Below are positions 44,083 through 56,133 of a stretch of 64,000 bases of DNA, piece after piece. The translations under genes were made by a program, and so were the position numbers. Where the stretch lies: NCBI GenBank assembly GCA_943704425.1, contig CALSCP010002426.1, positions 1-64,000 of the forward strand, read 5' to 3'. The stretch is from Ministeria vibrans ATCC 50519 (Eukaryota; Protista; Filasterea). Position 1 is the stretch's first letter. Each line of letters starts with the position of its first letter. The notes beneath the pieces were generated by a model. That model had not been told where the DNA came from and did not search any database. It worked only from the letters and a program-made list of their open reading frames with translations.

Positions 44083-45146
44083 CATGGCTCATTCTCTTGT
44101 TCCGTTGCAGGCACGGAAACTAGTGCGTCGGCTCTCTTCTTTTTTTGGTCTCTGCTCCTCTTGCCGCTATGCTGCGTTCCATCACTCACCGAGACACATT
44201 TGGCGGTGTACTGATCCTTAATGCCGCGCCCCGTTGATGCGTAGAGGCCCCCAAAGAGGCGAAGAAGGCGAAGAAGGCGGGCAAGGGCGACGACGCCGCT
44301 CCTGCCGCTCCTGCCGCTGCCCCTGCCGCCGCTGCACCTGCTGCCGAGCCACCCAGCGCGGAGGAAGCTGCCGCGGCCGCACCGGCAAACCCCACGCCAA
44401 TTGGAAGTCCGAAAATCCACAAGGATATTGCGCCTGAGATTGCAGCACTGCCACAGGAGGAGCAGGAGAAGCTGGCGGAGGAGGTAAGGAGGCCTGACTG
44501 CCACACCAATGCATTGTAGTCTCACCGTGTTGTGTCTATGGGTGGGTGTGCTAGACTCTGAGACGCGAGATGGAAGACAAGGCGGCCGAAGAGGCCGAGC
44601 AGGCCGACGAGGCACCCGCCGAAATGGCTGAGACCGCACCCGCGAAGCCCCCTCTGCAAGGTATGTGTGTTAATCGCGTCGCGTCGACGCACGCTTTCTA
44701 CTGACACGCCCTTAATTATGTAGTGCGCAGAAGTCAAGCGAGCTTCATCCTCAAGTCGCCTGAGCTGATTCAGGCAGCGCAGAACGGCAAGGACGACTAC
44801 GTCCAGGAGCTGATTGACGGCGGTGCCAACATCAACGACAAGGACCGTCTCGAGTTCACCGGTAGCACCGACAAACACCTGTCCGTTGTTCCCAATACTT
44901 TGTTCTTTCTTTACCGTTTGCAGCTCTTCACTGGGCCTGTCGCTATGGCCACATCAAGGTTGCCAAGATCCTTGTGAATGCAGGCGCCAGTCTCGATGCA
45001 AAGGCGCGCGGCGGAAAGTACGGCTCGAGCCACTGCGCCAGAGAACCCCCCTTGCTGAATCTCTCTTTTGTTCTTGCTCTCGTAGGACCCCGCGTGATTT
45101 TGCGTCCGGCCTTGTGAAACAGTGGATTGAGGATGAGAAGCTGTGA
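43858..45146 (+). CDS. Putatively myristoylated Ala/Glu/Pro-rich protein with C-terminal ankyrin repeats
   Basis: Spliced product MGGKGSKE-KAPKEAKKAKKAGK..; LIQAAQNGKDDYVQELIDGGANINDKD..TALHWACRYGHIKVAKILVNAGA..GKTP. Confidence 0.8.
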
Positions 45147-45252
45147 TGAGTAGTTGACTCTGTGACTTTAAAAATTTAAAATATTATATTCAATATTCAT
45201 ATTAGTTTTCTTTATTTTACCATTTTTTTTTATCCTCTGCCCCGGCGTCGTC

Positions 45253-47189
45253 ATGAAGGTTGCCATGTGGATGGGTAGGCCCGATCGACCCTTTGAATGC
45301 CCGTTCACACCAAACGTTCTCGTTTTGTTTTTGTTCAGTCATTGTGGCTCTGGTTGTTGCGCAAGTCGGCTTTGCCGGCTATGGCATCATTGTGCATAAG
45401 TAAGTGGATGGATATGCGCGTGCAGACGAGGTCGTTCGTGGTGCGCTTATGTGCCAAACAGGACATTTCTTAAACAACGTCTTGTTCGCGGTTGAGACGG
45501 AAGGCACAACCCGCTCTGTGCTGTGAGCTCGCACCCCCGCACACTCCCATGCGATTGACACACACACACACACACACCTTCCCTCTTTCCGTCCCCTTCC
45601 TGTGTTGCTTCCTCGCTTCAGATTTGCGCCCGATCTCAATTCGCTCGTCTTCTCGCTCGTGCGCGACGGTTTCTGCGGCCCTGTCCTCTTGATTGCGGCC
45701 CTCCTCATCGAAGGACGTGCGCTACCCCGCCTCATTGACATCCCCTTCTTCTTTGGCCTCGGCATCACCGGCATGTTTGGCAATCAACTGGTAATGCGCA
45801 CACAATGGTCTCTTAGCACTGTTTGTTTGTTTCTCTCTCTCTCTATCACTTTGTTTCTCTCTCTATCACTTTCTCTCTCTATCACTTTCTCTCTCTATCA
45901 CTTTCTCTCTCCATCACTTTCTCTCTCTATCACTTTCTCTCTCCATCACTTTCTCTCTCTATCACTTTCTCTCTCTATCACTTTCTCTCTCTATCACTCA
46001 CTCTCTCTCTCTCTTTCTCCTCTCTCTCTCTCTCTCTCTCGCTATCACTTTGGTTATTTTTCCCTTTCTCTCTTTTCTTATTAGCTCTACCTTCTTGGTC
46101 TACACTACACCACGCCCGATATTGGTACGCCACATATATGAGACAAGAGCACACTCAACGTGTCTTTTTCCGTTTAGCATCTGTGTTTCAACCGGCCGTT
46201 CCCGTCTGGTGTGCCCTTCTTGCTATTATGACATGCACTGAAGAATTGCCCCCGCTCAAGAAGCTCCGCGGTTGGTGCAAAGTCATTGGCATTGCGCTGG
46301 CAACAGGCGGTGCAATATTCATGGTGCTTGAAGGTATTAATAAATAATATCTAAAAGTAATGACGGTTTCATTGATTAGTATTAATGTTTTTTTTTTCAA
46401 GGTGAACGCGGAACGGGACCATCGCCCCGTAGCATTGTTGGCGGCACAGTGCTCTTGATTGGCAACACAATGTGTATGGCAGTCTACCTGCTCATTCAAA
46501 AGCGCTTTGTGTTTCTCGCATCTCCATCTTCCCGCCTGGCGCGCTGGAAGGACTACCCCGTTACCGTCACCGCCTACTCGTACATCATGGGCGCCATCTG
46601 CATGGGCTTTGCCTCCTTCTACCTCGTCGCAAAACACGAGGAAGACGAATTCCACATCACAAACTCAGTCAGTGGCACACACACACACACACGTTGAGAC
46701 AAACCATCACACTCTGACTCTCACACCTTCCCCTCCCCCTCCCCTCCCTCTCAAAAAAAAAACTCGATTATAATAGGAAATTGGAGCAATAGTGTATGCC
46801 ATCTTTATCTCATCGGCGCTCAGCTACGGTCTGCTTACCTTCGCCAACAAGCACGTCCCCGCCACCATTGTCGCGGCCTTTTGGCCCGTCCAAGTACCCG
46901 TCACAATGCTCCTCTCTTATCTTGTCAACAACGAAGTTCCTCAGAAGCTCCAATATGTTGGCGCCTCCCTGATTATTCTCGTACTGCGCTCTTCACACTA
47001 CGACTTGCATTGATCTGTGTGTAACACTTTCATTTACAGGGTCTCTTTCTGGTGACGTATGCGAATCATTTGCAGGAGAAGGACCGCAAAAGTGAAACCA
47101 TCTACTCTGTGTACCAGCCCCTCGACACCACGGTGCCTCCCGAGGAGGACACCAAGACCTTTGGCAATATCCAATATCAATATGACTAA
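45253..47189 (+). CDS. EamA/DMT-family (WAT1-related) transporter
   Basis: AQVGFAGYGII..VFSLVRD; LGITGMFGNQL; ASVFQPAVPVW; YPVTVTAYSYIMG; YAIFISSALSYGL..F.PVQ; about 10 TM segments. Confidence 0.88.
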
Positions 47190-47312
47190 AAACCATAAAT
47201 TACACCTTTTTATTTTTTCTTCCCCCTATGACTCAATCGAAATTCATTAATAATTTAATAATATTAGCATTTTCTCCATATTTATTCATTGTTGCCTCTC
47301 CCTCTCTCTATA

Positions 47313-48115
47313 TTACAACCTCACGTGCCCCTCACGCACCTGTTGTTCCACCTCGCGGGTCAGTGGCACGTACGTGCGCTCCCCATGGTCCACCATGAGC
47401 ACCGCATCGCCGGCAACGCGTCCCAAATCAAACCCGTCACGTCGCACGCCTGTCTTGCGCACCTTGAGCGTCGACGTGAGCTCAGCACACGACTGGACAC
47501 GCACAAAGATGGGTCGCGCGTACACAGGCAACTCATGCTCCAGATGCGCGTACAACAGTGCGCCATCAAGTGTGTCGGTGCCCTCGCACAGGGTCACACA
47601 CGCCATGCCCGCTCGTCCGTCCGTTCCCCTCTTCACCTCCTCTCCTTCTCCTCCTTCACCCTTTTGCACCACTTCTACGCCAAACACATTCGCCGTCTCA
47701 ATCCCCGCACACCCGCACAACACCTGTGCCACTTCCGTCGTCGACACATTCTCACCCTTCCATCGGAAAGTATCGCCCACACGATCGCAAAAATACACAA
47801 ATCCATCCGCATCGCAACGCACCAGATCACCCGTCGAAAAGTACGCATCACCCGCCACAAAAACATTGCTCAGAATCTTCTTCGACGAGCCTTCCTCGTC
47901 GTTCACATAGCCATCGTAGCGCAGCCGCGGTACATCCATTCGAATGAGTCCCACAAGCATACCCGTCTCGCCCACCGCCACCTCCACACAGTGTCCCTTC
48001 GCATTGCGCACTACACTTTCCCGCTCATGATCATACGCAATAATGCGCTGTGGCCAGTGACTGCGCAGCAACGGCGGAATCCATCCAATGGAGCCTACAG
48101 AGCCATTGACAGACA
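47313..48115 (-). CDS. FATP/SLC27-type very-long-chain acyl-CoA synthetase, 3' exon only
   Basis: [38 protein letters not shown]; DGRAGMA; [11 protein letters not shown]. The 5' exons are absent beyond the (CA)n tract. Confidence 0.9.
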
Positions 48116-48120
48116 CTGAA

Positions 48121-48121
<1 letters not shown>

Positions 48122-48199
<78 letters not shown>

Positions 48200-48305
48200 T
48201 ACACATACACTCACACACACACACACATACACACTCACTCACACACACACACACACACGCATTCTCACACTCACACTCACACTCACACTCACACACACAC
48301 ACACA
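48122..48305. repeat. Compound (CA)n microsatellite
   Basis: Read directly. Confidence 0.98.
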
Positions 48306-48319
48306 TGTGGTATGTGTAG

Positions 48320-48547
48320 GAGCGCAAAGGGGTCGTGCGTGAGCGAGACGGAACTCTCCGGACCGTCACCAAGCGCGAGCAGGTCTATATCAACGCCGCC
48401 TACTTCGGCACTTATCGCGTGCGACTCCACGACATCCGCGGTTGGGATCCTCTTCTCCCTGACCTACCTCGCTACCACAGCCCTCAGACCCGCTTCCAGA
48501 CCTTTGACACCCGCAAGAAGTACCGCACCCGTCGCAAGAAGACCTAA
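48320..48547 (+). CDS. MRPS22: mS22-like terminal exon (orphaned 3' part)
   Basis: Acceptor tgtag, then [29 protein letters not shown], matching MRPS22 [29 protein letters not shown]. Confidence 0.65.
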   Translation, partial: ERKGVVRERDGTLRTVTKREQVYINAAYFGTYRVRLHDIRGWDPLLPDLPRYHSPQTRFQTFDTRKKYRTRRKKT

Positions 48548-48686
48548 ACCATTGATTGTACCTCTCTTTTTTTTCTCACGTTTGATTCAATTGAGGCTAT
48601 ATTCATTTATGTTACATTTTCATCGGTTTGGGAGGATCGTAAAGTATGTCACATCTCTCTCTCTCTATCACTTTGTTTCTTTCTCC

Positions 48687-48722
<36 letters not shown>

Positions 48723-48734
48723 TCTCTCCTCCGA

Positions 48735-51700
48735 CTACAGTCCATCAGCAATGTTTGACAAGTCAGTCATGAGCCTCGTGCCTGTCGCGTCAGCTGAGCC
48801 CGCCGGAGCCGCCGCATTCATCGGCGGCATCGCAGCCTGTGCCGAAGCCCCTTGCGCTGATTGTTGTTGTTGCTGTTGTTGCTGCTGCTGTTGCTGCTGC
48901 ATCTGCTGCTGCTGCAACAATTGCTGCTGCTTCTGCTGCTGTGCGCGCAGCGTCTGCTGCTGCTGACGCGTCTCTTGAAGTTTCCGTGCCTCCGACACCA
49001 CCTTGTTCTCGTTCTCCGTCAACACTGCCCCTTCGCGGTGCTTCTGCACAAACTGCGCCGCAAGCAGCAACAGTTGTTGTTGCTTGAGGTACGTCTCGTG
49101 CTTGAGCAGCTTCTGGCGTGACGCCTCCAGCTCGGGCTTGCGCTTCTCTTGCTCCGCCGCAGGCAACGATGGCAACTGGTCAAAGTCGTGCTGCAATCGC
49201 GTCTTCTCCGTCTGCAACGCCTTCTTTTGTTCCTGCAGCAAATGTTGTTGCTGTTGAATGCGTCCAATCAGCTGTCCCGGTGGCAACACGCTGCCTCCTG
49301 TCGCAGTCCCCGTTGCAGATGCCGCAGCTGCACCAGCACCAGCACCAACACCAGCACTAGCACCAGCACCAGTACCAGTACCAGCACCAGTACCACCCTG
49401 GGCCGAGGCAGGGGCGACAGCAGTAGCTGCTGCTGGAACCGCTGGCTGGGGCTGATGAGGCGGGGCCGCCTGCGCTGGCCCAGACAGATTTGTGTCGGTG
49501 GTGGAACCAGCAAACATACCTTGCATAGGCACAGGTGTCATGTCAACAGGAGCGACCGCAGTCGTCGTTGTTGTTGTCGTCGTCGTGCTCGACGTGGTAC
49601 CGCTCGTGGTCGAGGCGCCATCCGCGTCAGCCTGAGACTCATCCGTGTTTTCCGTTGGATTCGGGTACACCGGCAACTGTCCCGAGTTGAGCAAATTTTG
49701 CTGGCGTTGTTGCTTGCGCTGGAAAAGCAAACGACGCTGCGTCTGCTTGTTGGCCTGCAGGCGCTTCTCGGCAATCCGTGTCTGCAGTCGTTCCTTGATG
49801 CCGGCGCAAAAGGGCACGGGGCAGTTGCTCGCCTGACAGTGCTTCGCGTGATAGCAACACAGTGCGACAAGCTGCTTGCACACGTTGCAGACGGGCGCCT
49901 TGGTCTGGCACGTCTTGGTGTGCTGCACCACCTGCTTCATCTTCTGACAGCTCTGACGATTGCAGTTGGGCTCGACACATTTGCATGCATGCACCAGCGA
50001 GTCGATGCATCGTTGGATGGCCTTGGTGCGGTTCGCCGTGTCCGCCTGGTCACCCGCCGCACCGGCCGCCACACCGCCACCTTCGCCAAAACCGGCGTTA
50101 TGCAGCGTGTGCGGATGCTTGCTGCCCTCCGCCTGGTAGCACGTGTTACACAAGTCAAAGTCCGTCTCGCACTCGTTACAGTGCCAGCGCGATTCGTCCA
50201 TGTTGATCTGATTCTTGCACTTGTCGCACGAGAACTCGGCGCCCGTGTCCTCTTGTTTGTGCAAGTGATAGAGAAACATCATGCTTGCATACTTGGCCTT
50301 GCGCAAGTCATCAAACTCGTAGTGATTGTCCTTGCACAACTCGAGAAACGCCTCGCGACCGTCCAGCAGCACACAAGGCATGGGCGGGTCGCGGTCGCGC
50401 AAGTTGGTGTCGCTCTCCAATTTGGGGTCGAGTGGGTTATTGAGCACCACGTAGAAAAAGCCCTCCTTGCTCTTGTCCATGGTGTTGTAGAGACGCTCGG
50501 CGAGCTCGGAGCGCATGCGGGCGGCACCCGAGGCCGCCTTGGCCGCCTTGCCCGACAGCTTCTTGGGCGCCTTGCTCTTGCTCTTGCTCTTGCTCTGGCC
50601 CTTGGTGTTCTTGCCCTTCTTGCCCACCGTCGCCACACCGCCCTCCTTCTCCGCGAGCGCCTCTTGCTTGAGCTCACGAATCTGATCCTCAATGGCATTT
50701 GGCCAGTAGTCCCCCTCAAAGTAGCACAGCTGACGCGCATACACAATCTGCTCGAGTGCCACCTGCTTGATGGGGTCGTGATAATCGATGGCAATGCCCT
50801 CGGCCCGCGCAATGTGCAACAAGTGGCGATACCAGTCCTGCAGACGCTTGGGCTTGGGCACCTTCTGCGACTGAGGGTGGCAATAAAAGATGTAGTCGTC
50901 GCCGGGACTAGGCGGACACGCCCAAATGTGGGCCGACAGGAAGCCGAGGTGTTTGCACCAGGCGAGGTAGGAGATGAGAATTTCGTGGTAGACGCGCGTG
51001 CGCAGGTTCTTCGGCTGAAAGTAATGCACCGAGTCGAGGTAGGAGATGTAAACACGGCGGTTGTTGGGTGCCGGGCAGTTGCTGCCGTACTCTTGCACAT
51101 GCAGTCCAAAGAAGCACACATCGACACCGTCCATCTTCTGGAAGGCAAAGAGCGCACGATGGCGGTAAGGGTAGGTGGTGGGCATGGGGGGCTGGCCCTC
51201 GGCCTCCTTGGTGCTGCCGTACTCGCGCAACAAAGGACGCACGTCGTGTGACTTCTCGCCATTGAACACAACGCGCACCGTAATCTCGCCGAGCTGTTGC
51301 GAGCTGCCGAGCGTCAGCTTGGCAATGCGACGCTCGATAAAGTCGCTCAGGTTGGTGCGAGGCAGACGACGAGCCGAAAAGACCGTCTTGGAGTCGCGGA
51401 AGTCGCGCACGAAACGCTCCGCCTGACGCTTGCATTGTTTGCACAGCGCAATCTTGTCCGACTGTTTGTTGTGGAGAACGCACGCTTCGTGAAACTTGCG
51501 CGGACACAGCTCGCAGTCAAGCAGCGGCTCCGTGTCGAGCTGGTCGTGACGCTTGAGCTTGAACTCTGCCTTGGGAATGGGCTCGGGCTGGCCATCAATG
51601 ACAATGTCGGTGCTGGGCACCTCGCGAAAGCATCGCTCACAAAAGACAATGCGCTTCTCGTCGCACGAGTAGTAGTTGCTCTGGAAGGGGATGGATGTAA

Positions 51701-53835
51701 GGCACTTGCCGTAGCAGTACATGGTGACGGGTCGATACTTGTTGCGCTTCATGGCACAGCAATAGCCCATGCGGTTGGTCAGGACCGGCTCAATCTGCTG
51801 CTCAAACGAGCGCGCCACCTTCTCGGCCATCTTGTAGATGCGCGACGACTTGGCGTTGTAAAGGTAGGCATTGGCAAAGACAAGGCGCATGTCGTCGCAG
51901 TATGCTACCGGCTCCTTGTACTCGAGTTTCTCCAGCTTGGAGTGGATCGTGCCAAAGTCCATGGGATGCTTGATGATTTGCGGATAGTCGGGGATGTTGA
52001 GCAACTCGGGATCGACGGGCACACGAAAGGGGTACGCGTCCGCGTGGTCCATCACAATGAGGTGCACTGGCTTCAGGGCGTCGCGCAGACTCTTGGGGTC
52101 CCAAGGACGTCGCGCGCGCAAGTTGGGCGCCTGTCGTTTCAAGTCGTCGAGCGTCATGGTCTGCGGCGGGGGCGCCTGCTGTTGCGCCGGCACACCTCCT
52201 GCTGCCGCTGCACCGGCCACGTTGCCCACAACTCCCGCACCGCCCCCAATGCGAGCACCGCCCACACCGCCTACGGCAGTCGCGGCCGCATTGCCTTGCG
52301 ACATTTGCGCTCGCTGCTGCATGAGAAACTGCTGCTTCCGTGCCAAAATGGCCTTTTGTTGCTTTATGGTCTCGGCGGTGCCGGCCGCGCCGGCACCTAA
52401 CGCACCCACCGAGCCCGTCATTGAGGCGGCAGCGGCTGCGGCGCCGCCGACACTGCCAGTCATGCCGACCGAGGCGGCTGCCGCAGCCGAGGTTGCATTG
52501 CTATTACCAAGGGCAGCACCCGCCGCCCCCATGCTCAATGCAGGATTGGCAGAGGCGTGTTGGGCAGCGGCCGCGTGCAAGCGCTGTTCGTGAGCCTTCT
52601 TCAACTTGTAGATTTTCTCCGCGAGCAAGTGATAGTACTGATCCTGGCTGGTGCCCGACTGGTAGACGTCCGTCTCAATTTTTTGGGCTACTTCACGTAG
52701 TTGTGAGTCGCTCGTGCCGCCTTGGGCAACACAGTCGCGAAGAGCATCCACCAGTTTTTGTACGAGTTTGATGCGATGCTGTTGGTTCAGGTCGATACGC
52801 CAATTGGCAGAGGCAGCAGCGCCGGCGCCGGCGCCGGCCGCGGCCGCGGCGGACGACTGTTCATGCTGAGGGTGACCCTGTAGCATGGATGGCTGCCCTT
52901 TGGTCGGGTTGTGTTGCTGCTGATGAGCACGGGTGTCCGAAGTGGGGAGAACCCCAGAGTGAGCAAGACTCTGAAACTGACCAATGGTGGCAGCGTTGGC
53001 GGCGACCGTGGCGGCAACCGTGGAGGGTGCCGCTTCTTTCAACTCGGGAACGTGGGGTGCGCACTGAGGACACTTCTTGCCAAGATTGCATTGAGCGCGA
53101 TGGGTGAGAAAATCGCGCGAGGGGAAGCAAAGGGGCTCGATGCACTGACGGCCCGCACGGCAGCCTTTCATGTGGTTGACAAGTTTCTTTGTGGTGGCAC
53201 AGTCGGCCACGTGGCAGTCGGTAAGCAAGCATGTCCCCGTGTGTAACAGAGCCTTTTCATGTTGCAGCGACAGTCCCGAAACCCTCTGAGTGTCTGAGGT
53301 TGACGCAGGGGCGGCGGCTGCTGCCGCTGCATTTGCGTCTTCAAGGGGTCTGCGAAGCGGCTCGCAAATGACACACAGTTTGTTCTTGCACTGGCTGTAG
53401 TGTGAAATGATTTGACGTGATGACGCGCAGTGGGGCTCGGGACATTGTCTTCCGGCGCGACACTGCGCCATGTGAGTGAGGACGTCCTTCATCGTGTTGC
53501 AATGGGGCACTTGACACTCTGACTGCTTGCACTTGTGTGCATGGATGAGAAGCAGCAGTTGCTGTCGAATCGCCTTCTTTCTGTCGGGTTGCGATGCACC
53601 ATTGGAGGCGGTCGCAGATGCTGACGATGCGGCGGCAGCAGCGGCTGCTGGAGCAGAAGTGGACGCACTGAAGTTGTTTGTAGACGTGTCCATAGGTACG
53701 GCCGACGATGATGAAGTAGTAGTCGCAGCGGCAGTCGCAGCAGCAGCGGTGGCAGCGGCGGCTGCAGTAGTCGTTGTGGGAGCAGCGGTCGCGGTTGTAG
53801 TGGATGATGGTACTGTTGATGATGATGATGATGCG

Positions 53836-53866
<31 letters not shown>

Positions 53867-54095
53867 CGACTGGCTGGACAGTGGGGAGTGGGACAGCGCC
53901 AGAGGTGGCGGCGGTCGCTGGAGCAGGCGTTGTCGTGTACTCGTCCATGTCATCCAAATCAGGAAGTTCCGCCTCAACATCGTAGTCGGTGTCGCCTGTG
54001 GCTGCTGCTGGCACGGCCGCGGTGGCGCCCGACGACGATTCCACCTTGACGCGCTTCAGTGGCGGCTCTTCGCCAGTATCCTCTCGGTAAACCAT
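48735..54095 (-). CDS. CREBBP: CBP/p300 histone acetyltransferase (TAZ1, extra TAZ, KIX, bromo, RING/PHD, KAT11 HAT, ZZ, TAZ2, Q-rich tail); single coding exon
   Basis: RKKAIRQQLLLLIHAHKC; YYHLLAEKIYK; PFRVPVDPELLNIPDY; ISYLDSVHYF; HIWACPPSPGDDYIFYCHP; IQRCIDSLVHAC. Confidence 0.97.
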
Positions 54096-54545
54096 ACCCT
54101 GTGGAACATATAAGGGTACAAAAGGTCAGAAGAGGAATGTGCAGTGAAGCGGAATAAAGTGCAAAAAGTGCGCTTTTCTGTCTTTTTCGACCGTTGCGAA
54201 AACCGTAAAAAAAAAAAAAAAAAAAAAAAAAGGACAAAATGAAAAGGATCACATAATCCTACTCACGATGACAAGCGGTACCAAGCGGATCATACACAGG
54301 CATAAAATTGCGTGCAATGAGAAAGAGCCAGAGCTGATCGGAAGGACACAGACGAAGATTGGAAAAGGGAGTTATGAGACAGACGACACATAAAAAAAAA
54401 TGTAGCCATCAAGGGCCATTTAATAGTGTCATGGGTGTCTGGGTGCACTCAATGTGAGCCATAGAGTGGATGAGGGGAGGAAAAGGGAGAGATGGAGCAG
54501 GCTAGAGAGTAGAATGGAGTTGAGAAGGGGAAAAGAGCCAAAACG

Positions 54546-54578
<33 letters not shown>

Positions 54579-55463
54579 CGATTTCGTAGCAGAATAAAAA
54601 AAAAAGACGAACGAACGACGACGTTTGCATTGCCCAAGGGACAACACACGGCACTAGAACAGCCTCACAGGCTGGTATGGTGACCACACTATAGGTTAGA
54701 GGGGATCCAGGAGCCAAAGAGGAGGGCAGGAAGCGACACATGGCGAAAGTTGTTGAGAGTCGGGACGTTTGACGAACAAAAAAAAAGAAAAAACGCCATC
54801 GACTGTGGGCCCAGAGGCGTCGGCGGCGCCAAAACCCCCACGGGGGCCCGGAACACACTTCAACACACCGGCTCCGCGGACACAGGGGGGTCGTGCTCTG
54901 ATGTCTTACCGGTTTTCGAGCGGACGGCCGTTTTTTTTTTTTTCTTTTTTTTTTTTTTCCAACTGGGGAAAAGAAGAAGTCTGATCATTTTCTTGCAGGA
55001 AAAAAGCATCTTGTAAGGCGGCGCAATATCATCCCAAGCCGCAGCTGTCTTCCGTCTATCTGCTTCTAATCCAGGTATACTAGTATTCCCTTGGAGATCA
55101 GCTCGATCGTCTCTTCTTCGTCGCTGTGCACAGAGTGAATCCAATCGTGACTTACAACTTATTATTATAATCAAATGTATCGTCCAGTTCCAATATATAA
55201 TAAATGGCTATAGGGTAAACTAAAGCGGAGTGAAGAATGAACCGTAAACGATTCACGATTGATACTCAATAAACATTAAACGCCTTCTGAGTCTTAAGCG
55301 AGCAATATCTCGCGCGTCGTGAGAGCAAAAGGCCAATCGATTTTTGATTAGTCGATTAACGATCTATTGATTCGATTATTTTTTTTTTTTTTCACCGTGT
55401 CTGGAGCAATTCGCAGCGAGAGATCCGTCCCGTTCAACTTGATCAGACTATTTGGTTTGCACC

Positions 55464-55936
55464 ATGGCAGATCGCAAAGGAAATAGTATGTCGAACAACG
55501 GAATGAAATTTTTTGACACGCGCTTCTGCAGCTGTGCTGACAGATGAGCAGTGGCGCTCGTTTATCATGGAAATTCAAGGGCCACAAGTGTCTGACAAAC
55601 AGGCTGCAGCGGTGCCGGAACAAGTGACTGTGGCGCCTTGCAAGGTTCGCAACACTTTGTGTGTTTTTTCGCCCCCCGACTCGTTTCTCGCTCTCCTCCT
55701 GCTTTGCCGCGTGCCTTTTTGCCCAGCCAATCCTTCGTAGTCACTGTTGGGGCATTGTTCCACTCTGCGGTTTGCCTATTGTGCCTGTGCGTTGCGTGAA
55801 ATTTGACACACGCCGAATCAGTTTTGGCGGGGTGCCCCATACATCCAAACCCACTGACCTCTCTCTTTTCTCTTGTTTTTCTGTCACTTTGTTTCTCTGT
55901 CACTTTGTTTATCTGTCACTTTGTTTCTCTGCCACT

Positions 55937-55974
<38 letters not shown>

Positions 55975-56039
55975 CTTTGCACTTTGTTTCTTTCTCCCTC
56001 CTCTCTCTCTCTCTCTCTATCACTTTGTTTCTTTCTCCC

Positions 56040-56133
<94 letters not shown>

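Noticed and set aside
49149-52400. Long plus-strand ORFs (700 aa and 367 aa) antisense to CBP, and similar antisense ORFs elsewhere
   Set aside because: Expected shadows of GC-rich coding sequence, with no recognisable motifs.
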